From the NCBI GenBank assembly GCA_013239625.1, contig MU053873.1, positions 1,874,524 through 1,938,523 on the forward strand: a stretch of 64,000 nucleotides of DNA, given 5' to 3'. Of this stretch, positions 49,503 through 62,844 are shown piece by piece. Made by a program: the position numbers and the translations under genes. The stretch is from Lama guanicoe (lineage: Eukaryota). How positions within the stretch are numbered: the first letter of the stretch is position 1; every line of letters starts with the position of its first letter. The notes below the pieces were generated by a model. It saw only the letters and a program-made list of their open reading frames with translations, searched no databases and had not been told where the DNA came from.

Positions 49503-50250
49503 CTTGAGAAATGGCTAAATCATTTTTCAAAGTGGTCATACCACTTTGCATTCCCACTGGCAGGTTATGAGAGCTCCAGTTCCTTTCAACATCCTTGCCA
49601 ACACTTGCTATTATCTGCCTTTTTAGCTTAGCCATTCTAGTATGTGTGCAGTGATAGCTCATTGTGGCTGTAATTTTTATTTCCCTAATGATGTTGCGTA
49701 TACTTTCATGTGTTTCTTTGTTCTCTGTGTATCTTTTTTGGTGAAATGTCTGTTCAGATCCTTTGCCCAGTTCTTTACTGGTTGTTTGCCTTTTTGGTGT
49801 TGAATTCTAGGGGCTCTAGATACATCCTGGATACAAGTCCTTTCTCCATGTATTGCAAATATTTTCTCCCACTCTGTGGCTTTTTCTCATGGTGTCTTTT
49901 GAAGTGAAAAGTTTTAAAATTTTGCAAGTTCCGCGAAGTCCATTTTATCAAGTTTCTTCTATGGTGAGAGCCATCTGTGTCTTCCCTAAGGTCTTGCTTT
50001 CGCCTTAGTTTTATGGTTTTAGGTTTGGCTTTCACATTGAGCTAGCTTTCTGTGGCATATTTTGATTTATGAGGTTTGCATTTGGCATGAGGCAAAGATA
50101 AGAGTTTTTTATTTCCAGAATATCTAGTTGTCTCAGCACCATTGGTTGAAGAGATTTTCTATTAGATTGTTTTGGTATCCTTGTGGAAAATCATTTGGTC
50201 ATGTACACGAGGGTCTATTTTCAGACCCTCTATTCTATTGATTTTGTTGT
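49503..50250 (-). mobile_element. Old L1 (L1M-type) fragment, ORF2 3' region, antisense
   Basis: ttttcaaagtggtcataccactttgcattcccac...catccttgccaacacttg...tttggtgaaatgtctgttcagatcctttgccc...cagcaccattggttgaagaga; no intact ORF. Confidence 0.9.
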
Positions 50251-50500
50251 CCCTCTTTCACCATATGGATTAATTTTAAGCTGGGGTCACCTGGGAATTT
50301 TGGTAAGCTCTCTCTGAAGAATGGGCAAGAGAGGGAGTCTGGAAGGAAGATACCAGTGTGTCCAACTGTAATTCTAAAATAAACACCTCAGAAACATGAC
50401 AATGCCACTTTTGCCTGATGAAGACCCCTAGCCTGAGAATTTCTTTCTTTTTCTTTTTTTTTTTTTTTTTGGTTGGAAAATAGGATTTATCTTTTTGTGA

Positions 50501-50566
50501 NNNNNNNNNNNNNNNNNNNNNNNNNNNNNNNNNNNNNNNNNNNNNNNNNNNNNNNNNNNNNNNNNN
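50501..50566. other. Assembly gap (66 N)
   Basis: Run of N. Confidence 1.
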
Positions 50567-53500
50567 TTTTTTTTTTTTTTTGGTTGGAAAATGAGGTCAA
50601 CTCGTCTGAGAGATGGCGAAGACCTAGTAGCACTGAGCAGAGACGTTCTCTGTGCAGCAACGAAAGGCTTGGAAAGAGTTGAAAGAGCAGTGACTTTCTC
50701 ACTAGGAGGTTGGGAGTTGCTCAAGGCTGCATTTGGGCACCTCATGGGCCATCCTGCCCCAGACTTCCCAGAAACATTGCTCAATCTCTCCATTTCACAT
50801 GCAAAGAAACAGAGGCTCAGAATGTCCAGGGTCTTGTTAAGGGTCATGTAGCCAGTCATTCACGGAGCCAGAACCAAATACCCTGCCTCCTGCTCCCTGA
50901 CACTAACTGTCCCTTGTCCCAAGAGCCTGGAGGGGAGGACGGCTCCATGAAGGAGGAAGTTTGTTTTGTTCACCTCAGTATCTGTGGCAGCCAGCATGGG
51001 GTCTGACCCACAGTAGGGCCTCACTAGATACGGGTCAAATAAAAGGGACCATTGGTGGTTCCCCCTTTCTTGCTCGAAGCCTTCCTCACTTTTGGCTGCT
51101 GTTGGGTTAATGGGTGGAGAATGGAGCTTGTGTATAAGGGTGAGAGCCGATTGCTCAGATTCTGACTCTGGCTGCTGTACTCTCCTGGGGCCACTCATGG
51201 CTGTGTTCACAAAAACATACCACCAGTGATGAGGGAAGCCTGTTATGAAGATTAACGCAGCCAGGGAAGGAATAGAAGGTGACAAGGAATGGCTCAGGAA
51301 TGCCTCTCTGAAGAAAGCCAGGGGAAGAGACTGAGAAAATTGGGGAACGGGCCAAGCAGATATCTGGACAGAGGGAACAGCACGTGCAAAGGCCCTGTGG
51401 TGGGAGGACCTTTGGTATGTTGGAATAAGAGTGAGGTAGCCATGAGGAGAATGATTCTGTGGGGCCTAGAGTTTATAAAGAGGAAGAACAGGAAGGGACT
51501 TCCAGAAACTGGTCTCTGTCCTCTGAACCTCTCACTCTGTCTGCTGCATTTAAAGATAAAAACTGAAATAAGCTTCCACATCCTCTTTGTCTCACCATTC
51601 TCTCCTGATGCCAGAGTTTTGATTCTGATCCCACTTGCTTCCTTATTGCCTGAGCCTGGCTTGTCTCCCTGGATCTCGGAGTCTCTGGCTCCCCTCAAAA
51701 CTCACTTGTTATCAGCCATTCATCTCACTGTATTTTGCTGAGGAAAGTGATAGAAAGAGGCTGCCAGGCCCAAGGGGACAGCACCAAAGTCTGGGGATGC
51801 AGGGAAGGGGACACTTAGAGGCTCCAGGGAATGGCTGTGATGCTCCCTGCATTGAGCTGGGAGCTCCACTTTATCTTTTGATGGTTTGGGGTTTCTAGTA
51901 CCATTTCTGGCCTGCAGGGATGGGGAGGGGACAGTGAATAACACTGCTGCTGCTGCTAATACTGATGGCGCTGGGAAGCGCAGAGCTCTGAGCTTGTGGG
52001 CTGGTGGGCGGGCCGGGGGTGTGTTATTCTAGTTGTACTTTTTATCAGGATTTGAGCAAGCAGGGATAACCTCACTCCTCCTAGCAAGGCCCTGTGGTTA
52101 CCTTGTCTTTCTAGGGAGAGTAGGGACCCCAGAGGATCTGGAACCTGGGTCTGGCATTGTCCCCTTAGTTGTAGGGGGGCTCACCTCCCTCTGTGATGTG
52201 GGAGGTGAGGTGATGGGGGGAAGGTAGGGGCTGGGAGGCAGACAGCCCATCGGCTCTAAATCTTGCTCACTGGTTGGCAGCTGCCGAGCCTCAGTTTCCT
52301 CATCTGCAAAATGGGGCTGATTTGAGCACTTACTACATAGAGATGCAAGGATTAAATGCAGTAAGAAGGCTTTCCATGGGGGCTGCTTGAACAAGCATTC
52401 GGTATCTGTCGGCTGCTGTTGGCGGTGGAATTAACCATACAGGCCTTAGTTTCTCCCTTTGCCAAGTGGAGGAAGTGAAAATGTGCTGTGTGTGATGTTA
52501 TGTGCAGGGTTAGCATTTCACTTTCACTGAGGAGTGATGTTAACAGCACAGGAGGCCAGCTCTCTAATGAGCCCCATTTTCTGGAGAAGGAAGCTGAGAC
52601 ACAGAGAGGTAAAGCCACTTGGCCGACGTTACCTGGGCAGCTGGTGGTAACTCCTCATCCTGGGCCACGAGGAATCAGTCATGCTCAGCATAGGACCAGG
52701 ACTGGCCAGCCCCCAGTGGGTGATATAGATGAAGCTCAGAGAGGCACATCCACTTACCTGAGGGCACACAGCCCGCCAGTGGCAGAGCGTGGGCCCGGTT
52801 TGGTGCTTTCAGGTTCAAGGGGTCAGCTCTTTTTCGTTCTCCCCACCCTGCTCTGCCCTCAAATCTCCATCCTTTTGGCTGTTGCTGGCTAAGTGGATGG
52901 AGAGGAGAGGCTGGCGAGGAAGAGGCTACTGATTTTAGTGCCTCCCCTTCCTCTGGCTCCCAGCAGTGTTTGGGCTGAGGGCTGGGCCAGACTAGCCTCC
53001 CCTCCTGTCCTCTGGCCGGAGGTGGGAACTCCTTCCTCTTGGAACTGGAGCCCTGCTGGTGGGATGGGGGCTGGAGTGGGGCTCGGGCGGCCGCGGGGAT
53101 GGCGGATCAGCGGCACCGTGCACTGTGGCTATGGCCTTTGTCCCACCATCACAGCCCCTTCTGACGCCCTGGGGGAGACTGACCCCACGGGAATTTCACC
53201 CGCAGAAGCACATTCTTTCTGGCTGTGCCTCCGGAGCCCCCCGCCAGCCACCCCAAGCAGCCCCCACTCCCCCTGCTTTTGTCCTGAGGAGGAACCCTCA
53301 GGAGTTCTGAGCCCCTTGGAGGACAAAGGGCTCATTGAGGCGCCAAGGCCAGGCAGAGGGGGAGGAGGAGGGAGCAGGGCAGAGCCACTGACAAGAGCTG
53401 ACAAGGCTGCTTCTGCCGCACAGACCCCCCACAACCCTGAGGACCTTGCCTTGGGGAGCCTTGATCTACCCATCTGTGAGATGGGGTGATTGGGGGATGG

Positions 53501-53859
53501 TGCGAGTTCGTGGTGGCTGGTCATTGCCTGTAACTGTCATATTTATAGTGTATGGGGTTGAATATTGTTGATCTAATACTGAGTCTGCCACCGTGCTTGG
53601 AATCTCTGGGGCCAGCTGTGTTTCCAAATCCAGAATTTGGGAGAACTCAGAAAGGTGGGGAAGTTAGGACCACGGGCCTCTACCCTTGCTCAGTGACATC
53701 CCCAGGGGGCTGCAGTCAACATACTGGAAACCATCTGAACACCCTCATTAGTGCGATGAGGGCCTCCAGGCATGCGAATTTGATAAGAGCCTTCTGTTCT
53801 TAGAGCCATTTTGGATTTCTGGATTGCACATGACAGAATGTGGTCCTTTATTGCTGTCC

Positions 53860-54000
53860 TGCATTCATTCATCACACATTCATTCATTCATTCCACAGAT
53901 GCTGATTCAGCATCTGCTGTGTGCCAGACACTGCTTCAGGCTTGGGGGATCCCGTAAGGAACAGAGCAAACCCCTGCCCCACGGAGATCACACTGGGGTG
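53860..54000 (-). mobile_element. L2 LINE 3' fragment
   Basis: (cattc)n tail, then ...agcatctgctgtgtgccagacactg...aacagagcaaacccctgcccc. Confidence 0.75.
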
Positions 54001-54510
54001 GGCGGGGTGATGTCTACACCCGCGTCTACAGGTACCTGGAAGTTTGTGGGGGCATCACACCTTGTTCACGGATGAGAGAGCCAATGTTATCCACGCTGAA
54101 TGCTCAAGTTCTCTTAGCACCTTCTCCCCATACTGTGTTAAAGGTGGGTGTGGGGATGGGATGGTGATAGGCTTCTCAAGTGGACACCGTGGTCGTGACA
54201 GCTTGAAAGTGAGGGAACAGGCCTGGCCATGAAGTGACTTCATGGCAGGCAAGGCAGGGCCTGAGTCATCTGTGGCCCCCAGAGCCCAGCTCCACCTGGG
54301 GCTGGAGGCATGCTGTGGGGACACTCGGGTGCTGGATGGGCCCAGGTTTGAGTCCTCTTGGACCTCTTGCTGGCCACGTGACCTTAGGCAGGCCAGGCTG
54401 CCTCTGGGGCCTCGATTTCCTCAGCTGTAAAATGGGCTCAGTGATTCCTCTGAAAGGCTTCTGGAAGGACTATATTACGGAGCTGGATGTGGGCTGGCTT
54501 CTGGGCAATT

Positions 54511-55470
54511 CAGGACAGGTTGGCTACATAATTTTGGGGGCCCAGTGCAGAATAAAAATGTGGGCCTCTTATTCAAAAAGCTGGGGAAAAAAGAGCCCGA
54601 AAAAGGTCCTAACATACAAAGCTTCCCCCTTTCTTCCTTGGTGACTCCCTCAACTGTGGTGTTTCTCATTTGCTATTTAATGTGGATCTAAGTGAAGAAA
54701 AATTAAGCTTTTAAATTATGAGCATGAATTTTACCACTCGTCTTTATACTGTGCAATGCCAGTTCGAAGTACAAATATAAGACCATTTAGTCCACGTGCG
54801 GAATCATCGAAATGATGCAATTTGTATTTGAAGTTGGTACATGTATATGTATTTTGTTTTAACCAGAGCTGCTCAGAATGAACTTAACTTTCCATTTCAC
54901 TTCTTGATACACTCACATTCTACCAACACCCTCCTCTGGCTTTGCTGAATGGAAGAGGAAACGAGGGTTACTCTCTTTTTCCTTTCTTTCTATGCCGTGA
55001 TTTTCAGCATCAGTAAACACGAATCGGAAAGGTTACCATTGGCTTCCCTGGCTGTCCATGTTTCTCAGGGTGCCTCCTTTCTGTATTTGAAGTAAGTTTG
55101 GGTGGAAAGGGGGACTTCTCTGCACCTCCACTAAGTTTTAGAAGCAAACTGCTTATCTTGTACTTGATTTGCATCTTGCTGAATTCGGTGCATACAGGGC
55201 ATCCACCTGAGTTCTGTGCTCACCAGGCATCTTGAAAGCTGCGTGGGTACCAGGCAATGAGATACAGCAGTGGACACGTGTATTGGCTGTATCTCATCTG
55301 TTCACATGCACACTCTTTTATCTCATGAGGCTTCACTTAACAAAACATATTTGAAGGTAAAACTATTAAGAATTTTAAGACGGCAACAAAAACATTAACC
55401 CAAGTGTGGGACCCTGGTGAGCCTGGGGGATGCGGTCCGTACAGGTTATATGCTCGTGATGCTGGCCCTG
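54511..55470 (-). mobile_element. MER45B-like (hAT-Tip100) element, about 960 bp, both ends present
   Basis: Left end caggac..ggctacataatttt gggggcccagtgcagaataaaaatgtggg; right end attaagaattttaagacggcaac...cattaacccaag...gatgctggccctg; AT-rich interior. Confidence 0.75.
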
Positions 55471-56699
55471 TTCCAGGGGCACTGCTTCCCTTACAGATGG
55501 GGAAACTGAGGCCCAGAGAGTGGCAGGGACCCGGATGAGGTCATAGATGAACCTCAGTTTCCTTGTGATTGGATTGGAGGTCATCAGATTTGCCTCCTGG
55601 GGACGGTATGCTGGTGAGGAACGGGAGTGGGACTGAGTTTGCAGAGGCCAGCAATTTCCCTGCCTCCTGCAGTTCAAACACTTGTTTATTTATTCATTGT
55701 GTTAGCTGACTATTTACTATGTGCTGGGCAAGACCGACCCGATGCCAGGAACTTGCAGTTGGGGAGACAGGACCCTTACTCCAAGCCTAGACACGCTGTC
55801 TAGTCCAGACCCCGTCCAGACCCTGAGACCAGAAGTCACAACTCTGATCTCCCCTTTATAAGTGGCCAGAGGGTGGGGCATCAGTGACAGCATCTGATGG
55901 AGATGTCATCAGAGACAGGCTGTGAATTTGCTGAGAGTTTCAATCGCTAAAGAAAGGACATTCCAGGAAGTGGGCACAGCCTGGGCAAAGGCTGAAAAAT
56001 AAGAAAGGGCTTCAGGGGAAGACTGCCAAAGTCAGAATCCCGAAGAGAAGAGGTGTAGGCAAAGACGGGGATTAGAGCCAGAGGCCCCAGAGGAGATACT
56101 CAGGGGTGATGTGACTCTAAATCCCATCCCTGACCCACTCACTTCTTGGGCCGGGCCCCCAGCCAAGACTTTTCCTTGGAACATGTCTCTTTGTACAGAG
56201 TTGAAGCCCTGCCTCACAGCTTATACATGCCAGCTTTCATTTCTTTCTTTCTTTCCTTCCCTCCTTCCTTCGGTCTTCCCTTCCTTCTTTCCCAGGCCTG
56301 GCACCTAGAAGTTCCTCAGCGGAGTCCCTGTGTGAAAACGTCTGCAGTTTTGCCCCTCCAGCTGACTGTTAAGCACTGGGCCAAGCCTGTGTGTCTTCTG
56401 CCCCTAGACCCTCCCCCAGTCCCATAATCTCAGAGATGAGGAAACTGAGTTCAGAGAGCTGAAGTGACTCTCCCAAAGTCACTGTGAACGAGGGAGCTGG
56501 ATTTAAGCCCAAGATGTTCGAAGCTGCCCTGTGGGCTCTGAACCACCAGGCCACACTGCCGCAAGCCTGCATGCTCATCCCTCTCTGTCCTTTGTGCCTC
56601 ATTACCTCTTTTTCCTCTACCTGTTGAACTCCTACTCATTCTTCAGAACCCTGCCCAAATGATCTTTTCTCTGTGTCTTTAAGCCTGTAAGCAAAACAT

Positions 56700-57100
56700 T
56701 CCACCTCCAGAGCCCACAAATATTTGAGCACTCTGTGTTCCAGATATGGCCCCAGGTCCTAGAGAAACACCGATGCATAAACTAACTTGGTTCTGCCAAT
56801 GAGGAAGTAAACACAAACCAGTACATTGCGACTAGTTGTGAAAACAGTTGGGCAGGAGAGGAACTGTGCGCTTCCATAAAGAAAAATAGCTTAGGATCAC
56901 TATGGGTGATCAGAGAAGTTCTGAAGGGGTGGGATTTGAAAGTGCCTTCCAGGCACAGGAACTGGCAAGTGCAAAGGCCCTGAGGCAGCAGGAGAGTAAT
57001 GTGTACAAAGAACAGCAAAGAGGTCAGTGCAGCTAGAGCAGAAGGAGAGAGGGAGGGCTAGTTAGAGATAAGCCCATGTGGCGAGTAGGCGTCACTTAGA
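56700..57100 (-). mobile_element. L2 LINE fragment
   Basis: aaatatttgagcactctgtgttccag...ttccaggcacaggaactggcaagtgcaaaggccctgaggcag; similar L2 pieces at about 33035-33300, 39560-39990, 51180-51450 and 58290-58670. Confidence 0.7.
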
Positions 57101-58724
57101 GGCCTGGGGCAGAGAGATCAGAGCAAAGCCTCCTGGCGTCTCCAGCGCAGCAAGAGGGCCTGACACCCAGGAGGTGGGTCAGCAGGTAGAGGGACAGGAG
57201 CTCTGCCTACTCCCTCCTCACATCTGCTCAGGAAGGCGCTGACTCCCCTGGGACGCCCTTCTGAGGGGCATATTGGGTCAGCTGGATGGTGGGGCGCTGA
57301 GGGGTGCTGATGAAGGACCTGGGAGGGGACCAGGGAGGTACTCTTTGGGGAGTCAGGCATCATCTGCAGCTCATTTTCCTGTGTCATTCGCATTTTCTCT
57401 GAAATATTTTTTTTTTAAGGTTTCAGCCAAATGCTCTGTCACGAAGGCGACTGCTTTAAAGGAGCATCGCGGGAGTTGGTGGGCATCGGCTGAGGCCCCT
57501 CCAGGCTTCCAGCCTTCCTGGGCTCCCTCTCCACCCCGATCTTGTGCCCAAAGCAGCCACATGCGTGGGGCGGAGTGGATGAGAGCCCTGAGTGTTTGCG
57601 GAGGCGTCTCCGGTGCCAGGCGCCGTGTTCAGAAAGCACTATTCAGTCCCCACGTGAGCTGGGCACAGGGCGGGGGACGTTGTCCACGCGGAGGTCAAAG
57701 CGTGCTGCTTCCTGCAACCTGGCGGGGCAGCTTCTATTCTCACATTAAGGGTGGGTGACTCTGTCAGGTGGAAAACAGTCTGCCAGATTTACAGCCTGGG
57801 TCTCAAGCCCAGGACAGGAAGGGTTCTCAGGGCCCATGCTATAACCAACTCTTGTATGTTTGAGCAAACTAGGTCCTTCGAACAGACGGGAAAGGGTGGG
57901 GTTGGGATTTAAGCCGGGAATGCCTGCTTCAGAGAAGGATACATGATGTAACTTCAGCCAGAATAAAAGCTGAACCTTCTAAAAATGTGGGACTGGCTCT
58001 GCTTAGAGAGGACGCTGGGGAGATAGACCCCGGCACGAAGCACCCTGGGTAGCCCTTTGTACCTGCCAGTGTGTCTTGAAGGGTGGGGTGCAGTCCCCTT
58101 GGTGAGACAGGAGATGAATCATTTTGAATTCCCTAGTGAGACGGCCATTTCCTTCCAATTCCATGACATCAGGGAAAGACTCCTGTGGATGCTAATGTAC
58201 CTTTAACACCTCTCTCCAGCTCCTACTCATCTGGCTTTTAAACAAAGAAGCCCAGAGCCTTCTGCAGGCAATGCTGTCCGGCTAGAATGTAATGGCAGTT
58301 TTGTGAAGAAGGAGCCATCTGAGCTGAGCCCAGAAAGGTCACCGGGAGTTTGATAGGGAGCAGGGAAAAGCATTCTGGGTGGAGGGAACCGTTGCTGTGT
58401 AGACCTGGAGGTGTGGGGGAAGTGTGACATATTTGGGAGAGAGGGGAATTATTTGATGTGACTAGGACTGTAGGGTGTGGGTGACAAAAGTGGGAAGAAT
58501 CCCAAGGGGGAAGGGTCCCAGTGCCATACAAGAGGGCTGGGCCTTGGGATTTATTCTCTGGGTGATGAGAATCAGGGAAGGGCTTTGGGCAGGAGCAGGG
58601 GCTTGAGAGCGAGTGAGGCTAGAGGCAGGTAAGCAATCTAAAGATGGTGGTGACCTGGAGGAAGATGGTGGCTTTGAGGATGAAGATACCGGTGCTGGCC
58701 TGACTAGTAGGCTTTGCCTAGCCG

Positions 58725-58820
58725 TGGCAGTGATGAAGATGGCGTTGATAATTGTGCTGGTGATGATGGTGATGGTGGTGACGATGATGTTGCTGGTGAT
58801 GACGGTGGCGACGGTGGGGG
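58725..58820. repeat. Degenerate (GAT/GGT)n low-complexity tract
   Basis: gtgatgatggtgatggtggtgacgatgatgttgctggtgatgacggtggcgacggtgg. Confidence 0.85.
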
Positions 58821-59769
58821 TAACAGGATAAACACTACTATCAACAGACTTTTATTTTGATATTCCTCACTTCATTGTTATTAAACCACTATCCTATGAG
58901 ATTGACATCATTTTTATCCCCTTTTTTCAGATGAGGAAACTGGGGCTTGCCCATGGCCACCCAGCTAAAGACTGGGAGAGTGGGGATGGGGTGCCAGGCT
59001 GGCCTAACAGCTGAGCACTGAGCTCTGGGCTCCATGCCTCCTGTTTCCAGGCAGCAGATGGGAGAGGCTGTGCCCTAGCCTTCCCCTAGCCCAGGGCACC
59101 GAGATAGCAGGTTTCCCTCATCCTTGACCTTCGTCCTTCTTTGCTCTTCTGGGTTTAGACTTTGAAGTCAATGGCCGCACCTTTGGTGGAGGCTTGTCAT
59201 CCTCTTGGCATTGGTGGGTGAGCTCTGGCCCCCAGGGAAGGAGAGGAAGTCTTTCCACAGTCCCTAGCTCTTTTGTGCCAAACCCTAGCCCGTGTGAGAT
59301 GAGTGTGGAGGAATTTGGTCCATGTGGATCCAATTTCCCTTGGAATATACAACAAATGATGCTGGACAAAGGCAGGCGGCCTTGGCTGGACCTAAAATAT
59401 GTGGGCAATTGCTTCTGAGATGTTTGACAACTTCAAGACTCAGCAGAATGGCCGGCAGCGCTGGGCTATGCTAACCGGTCCAGGCGTGAGCAACCGAATG
59501 CCATAGCTCATCCTGTGCATGTGCCAGCGACACGTGGACAGGGACCAAGATGCGGGGGAACTGTGCCAGGCTGGGCAAGGTGCTGAGCAGGGCTGCCCAG
59601 ACACGAGAGACTCTTCCCTCCGGGAAACACAGTATCACATGGTGTCGGGAGAGAGGTTTTATTTTCCTGTTGTGTGACCTGAGTGAGTCTCTCGACTTGC
59701 TTAAACTTAAGGGACTCTGTGAAATGCGGCAGGCAAAAAGGGGAGCATCGAGCAGAGCTGAAGCAGGTA

Positions 59770-60200
59770 TTTTGGTTTTATCCAGCTTCCTTTTCCTTCC
59801 AGGCATCTGTTCCTCCTCTTCTTAACATGTGCTTCCAATGGGGGCTGCGAATCATAATATCCCACCCTCTGACTGCAGCGATTGGTCTGAAGATGGGCAT
59901 GTGACCCACGATGGGCCAATCAGAGCCTTCCCTGGGATTTCTTCTCCTGGGCTGGGTGAAGGCAACTCCTTTCCTTCCATAGTGGTGAGCTGTCTACAAC
60001 TGTGTCCCCTGCTCTGTGGAGAAGTTGGTCTGAGAGAGAGAAGGTGACCAGTAAAGAGAAAAGCAGATGAAATGTCCAGGTGAGGTTGGCATCCTGAAGG
60101 CCTGCCTCACACTTGATCCTCTCACAGAATTTTTGGTGACAAGAGCCAAAATGCATCTTCTTTGCTTAAGCTAATTGGACTTGTGTTTCTGTCTCATAAG
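59770..60200 (+). mobile_element. ERVL-class solo LTR (LTR33/LTR16-like)
   Basis: gggcatgtgaccc..gggccaatcagagccttccctgggattt and terminal tttgcttaagctaattggacttgtgtttctgtc. Confidence 0.55.
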
Positions 60201-60329
60201 GCTAAGACAGTGTTGATAAATGCAAGGCTCTCCTGGCTTCCAAGGCGTCTCTGTGATTCATTACCCTCATTGTTCCTCAGGGCCACTCTCTGAGATGGGT
60301 ATTAATATTCTATTTACAGATACTAATAA

Positions 60330-60550
60330 TTGCAATCACCCCTATTTCCCAAGAACTCACTACTGTACCACCCACTGAGCTGAGCCTCTTGTAGGAATTC
60401 TTTTATTGCATCATACCATGCCCTTGGAGGTAGTGCTTATTAATAGCCTCACTTTACAGATAAGGAAATGGAGGTCCCCCATGGTCAAAGGACCCCATCC
60501 AGGTTACATAACTGACTAGTGGCAGAGCTGGAATTCAAACTCAAGTCAAG
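60330..60550 (-). mobile_element. MIR SINE
   Basis: ctcactttacagataaggaaatggagg...ccaggttacataactgactagtggcagagctggaattcaaactc. Confidence 0.8.
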
Positions 60551-60839
60551 TTTGTAACCCCCTTGTTACTGGTCTGTGAGGGTGGTGTTGATGGCAGGGA
60601 ACAAAGATTTATGGTGCACACTGTGTGGCTATCACTTCAAATACATGGTGTCTTTTAGGTCTCATGATGGCTCCCCCATTTTGCAGGTGAGGAAATAGAG
60701 GCTTGGAGAGGCTGGCAACTTATGAGATGTCACATGGCTATTCAGGGGGCAGAATGCCTGTGCGTTTCCTAGATGGTGCACACAAATTCTATACTGGGGG
60801 CTGGTGGTGTCAGACTGAATGAAAAAGACCTCAGTGCTT

Positions 60840-61200
60840 TCTCCTGGCTCCTTCCTCTGTCATTGCCTCTTTATCATGCGGCTTTGCAGCAACTTCCACC
60901 AAGAGGTGGAGTCTGTTTCCCGTTCGTTGACTCCAGGTTTGGCCATGTGACTTGTGTCAGCCAATAGAATGGGGGGACTGTGCCAGTTCCAAGCTGGGGT
61001 TTAAAGAAGGTTTGTCGGTTCTACTCTTTCTCAGTCCCCTGCCCAGCTGCCACGAGAAGCCCGGGCTAGCCTGCTGGAGGATGAGAGGCACGTGGAACAG
61101 AACTGAGTCGCCGAGGCCAGCTGAGCTCTGGACCTGAAAGGGAACCCAGCCAAGCATTGGATGCCACTGAAGTTATGTCATCATTTTGTCACACAGATTT
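60840..61200 (+). mobile_element. MLT1-family (ERVL-MaLR) LTR fragment
   Basis: caagaggtggagtctgtttccc...ggccatgtgacttg..agccaatagaatg...aagcccgggctagcctgctggaggatgagaggcacgtgg. Confidence 0.7.
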
Positions 61201-62844
61201 ATTGGGACCAAGAGAACAGGCAGTGACAGTGGGGGAGAAAGGGAGAGTATCTTTCTTAGCGCATCTTTGGCTGTGCCTGCTTTGTGGGCAATGTAATGAA
61301 GGACCACGTGTCACCATCTTCATCCACCCCCACACCCACCCTTTCAGCAGCTGAGAAGGTGTGACGTAGGTTTCTAGAGCTGTGCTTAAGTGCCTGTTAT
61401 TAATAGCAGGGTTGACTCAGAAAGCCCGTCCTGACTGCCTATCATGCCTGCCCACCCTATTCAGTGTGGAGTTTGCAGGAGTTGAGTAATTGTATTGTTT
61501 ACTGCACTAAATGGAACATTAATCAAGCAGCTGAATGCGCTCCAACTGTCCCCAGGGGCTATGCCCTCTGCAGAGTGTCTTGATGGGAGGTGGGCACTCA
61601 TTGGACATGCATAATGGACATGGGAGATTCCAGCTCCCGTGTTCCAGATGCCTCCACCTCCCAACCCCGGCTAATGCCTCTCTGGTCTTCCTATGGCATA
61701 GGACCCATTTTACAGATGTGAAATGGAGGCCCAAATCACTTGTGCGAGATCACCCAGCCAGGAAGGGAGAGAGAGGCTTGAACTCAGATGTACCGGTGTC
61801 TGGAGCCAGGCTGTGAGCACCAGCCCCACAGGCTGCCCTGGGTCCCAGCTGGCCCCGTGATGACCACAGGTGTTTCTTCTCAGCCACGCTGAGCCCTGAG
61901 AGAGAATGAAGCTGGCAGACATCTCGTCACTGATCACTGGGATGATTTGCCTAAAGTAGCAGGAAGATTCCGGAGCTGAGGGCTTCGGTAAACCCCACCA
62001 CGTTGCCTCCATTCAGCTCAGGGCGGTGAGGAGGGGATGGCGGTGACGGGCACAGCTCTGCCAAGTGTTGGTGACTTTCCGTCTCACCCCTGTGGGTGGA
62101 GAGGGGGCGTCTCTTTTTCCTACACCTCGTGACAAGGTGCTATTTTTAAACTCCTCTTTTTATAGTTAAAACGTGTTTATGTCAAAGCCACCACGTAAGG
62201 AGCTCCCAGGAATCCTGGGAAGTGATGTTCGGGTGGACAGAGGCCTCGGGCTGACGTCAGAGCAACACAGCTGACGCCTGGAGTGGGGCTCCGATGAGTC
62301 ACATGCTCTTCCTCACATCTTGGGCTCCTCTATCCCTGCGAGCTTCTTGTTGGAGTTTCTTAAGGACAAGGGACAGTGGCCCCAGCCAGAGCAGACCCTC
62401 CACTCCATCCTCCAACCAGAGGCACTATTTCTCCACCTCTGCTGAGCACCAAGGGCCGTGGTGCTGCCCCCTGTCCAGCCCCAGGATGGCCAAACCCCCT
62501 CCAGTCCAGCCCGTCTCTCCATTGTCCATACCATAGCCAGAGGGCTCCTCCTAAAGACCAAATGTGATCACGGCTGTTCCCTCACTGCTCCCTGCCAACC
62601 CTCCACCCCTGTTCACAGATCTCTCCCTGGCAGATTTTATTAGAGTGAAACGTTTTGAAGCTAGAAAGAAAAATGAAATGATCAAAAACCTAAGTTTTCA
62701 AGTCAGGCTGCATATGTTTACATCTTTGCTCAGTCACTTAGCTGTGTGACTTTGGGCAAATTACTTAACTTCTCTGAACCTCATTTTTCCTCATCTGTAA
62801 AATGGGACTGCTCATCACACCTACCTCACAGCTGTTTTGAAGGC

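Noticed and set aside
49710..50035. Short ORFs with L1 ORF2-like peptide
   Set aside because: Decayed L1 fragment, not a gene
58613..58831. 72-aa ORF with an apparent hydrophobic/transmembrane segment
   Set aside because: Arises from (GAT/GGT)n low-complexity DNA adjoining an L2 fragment
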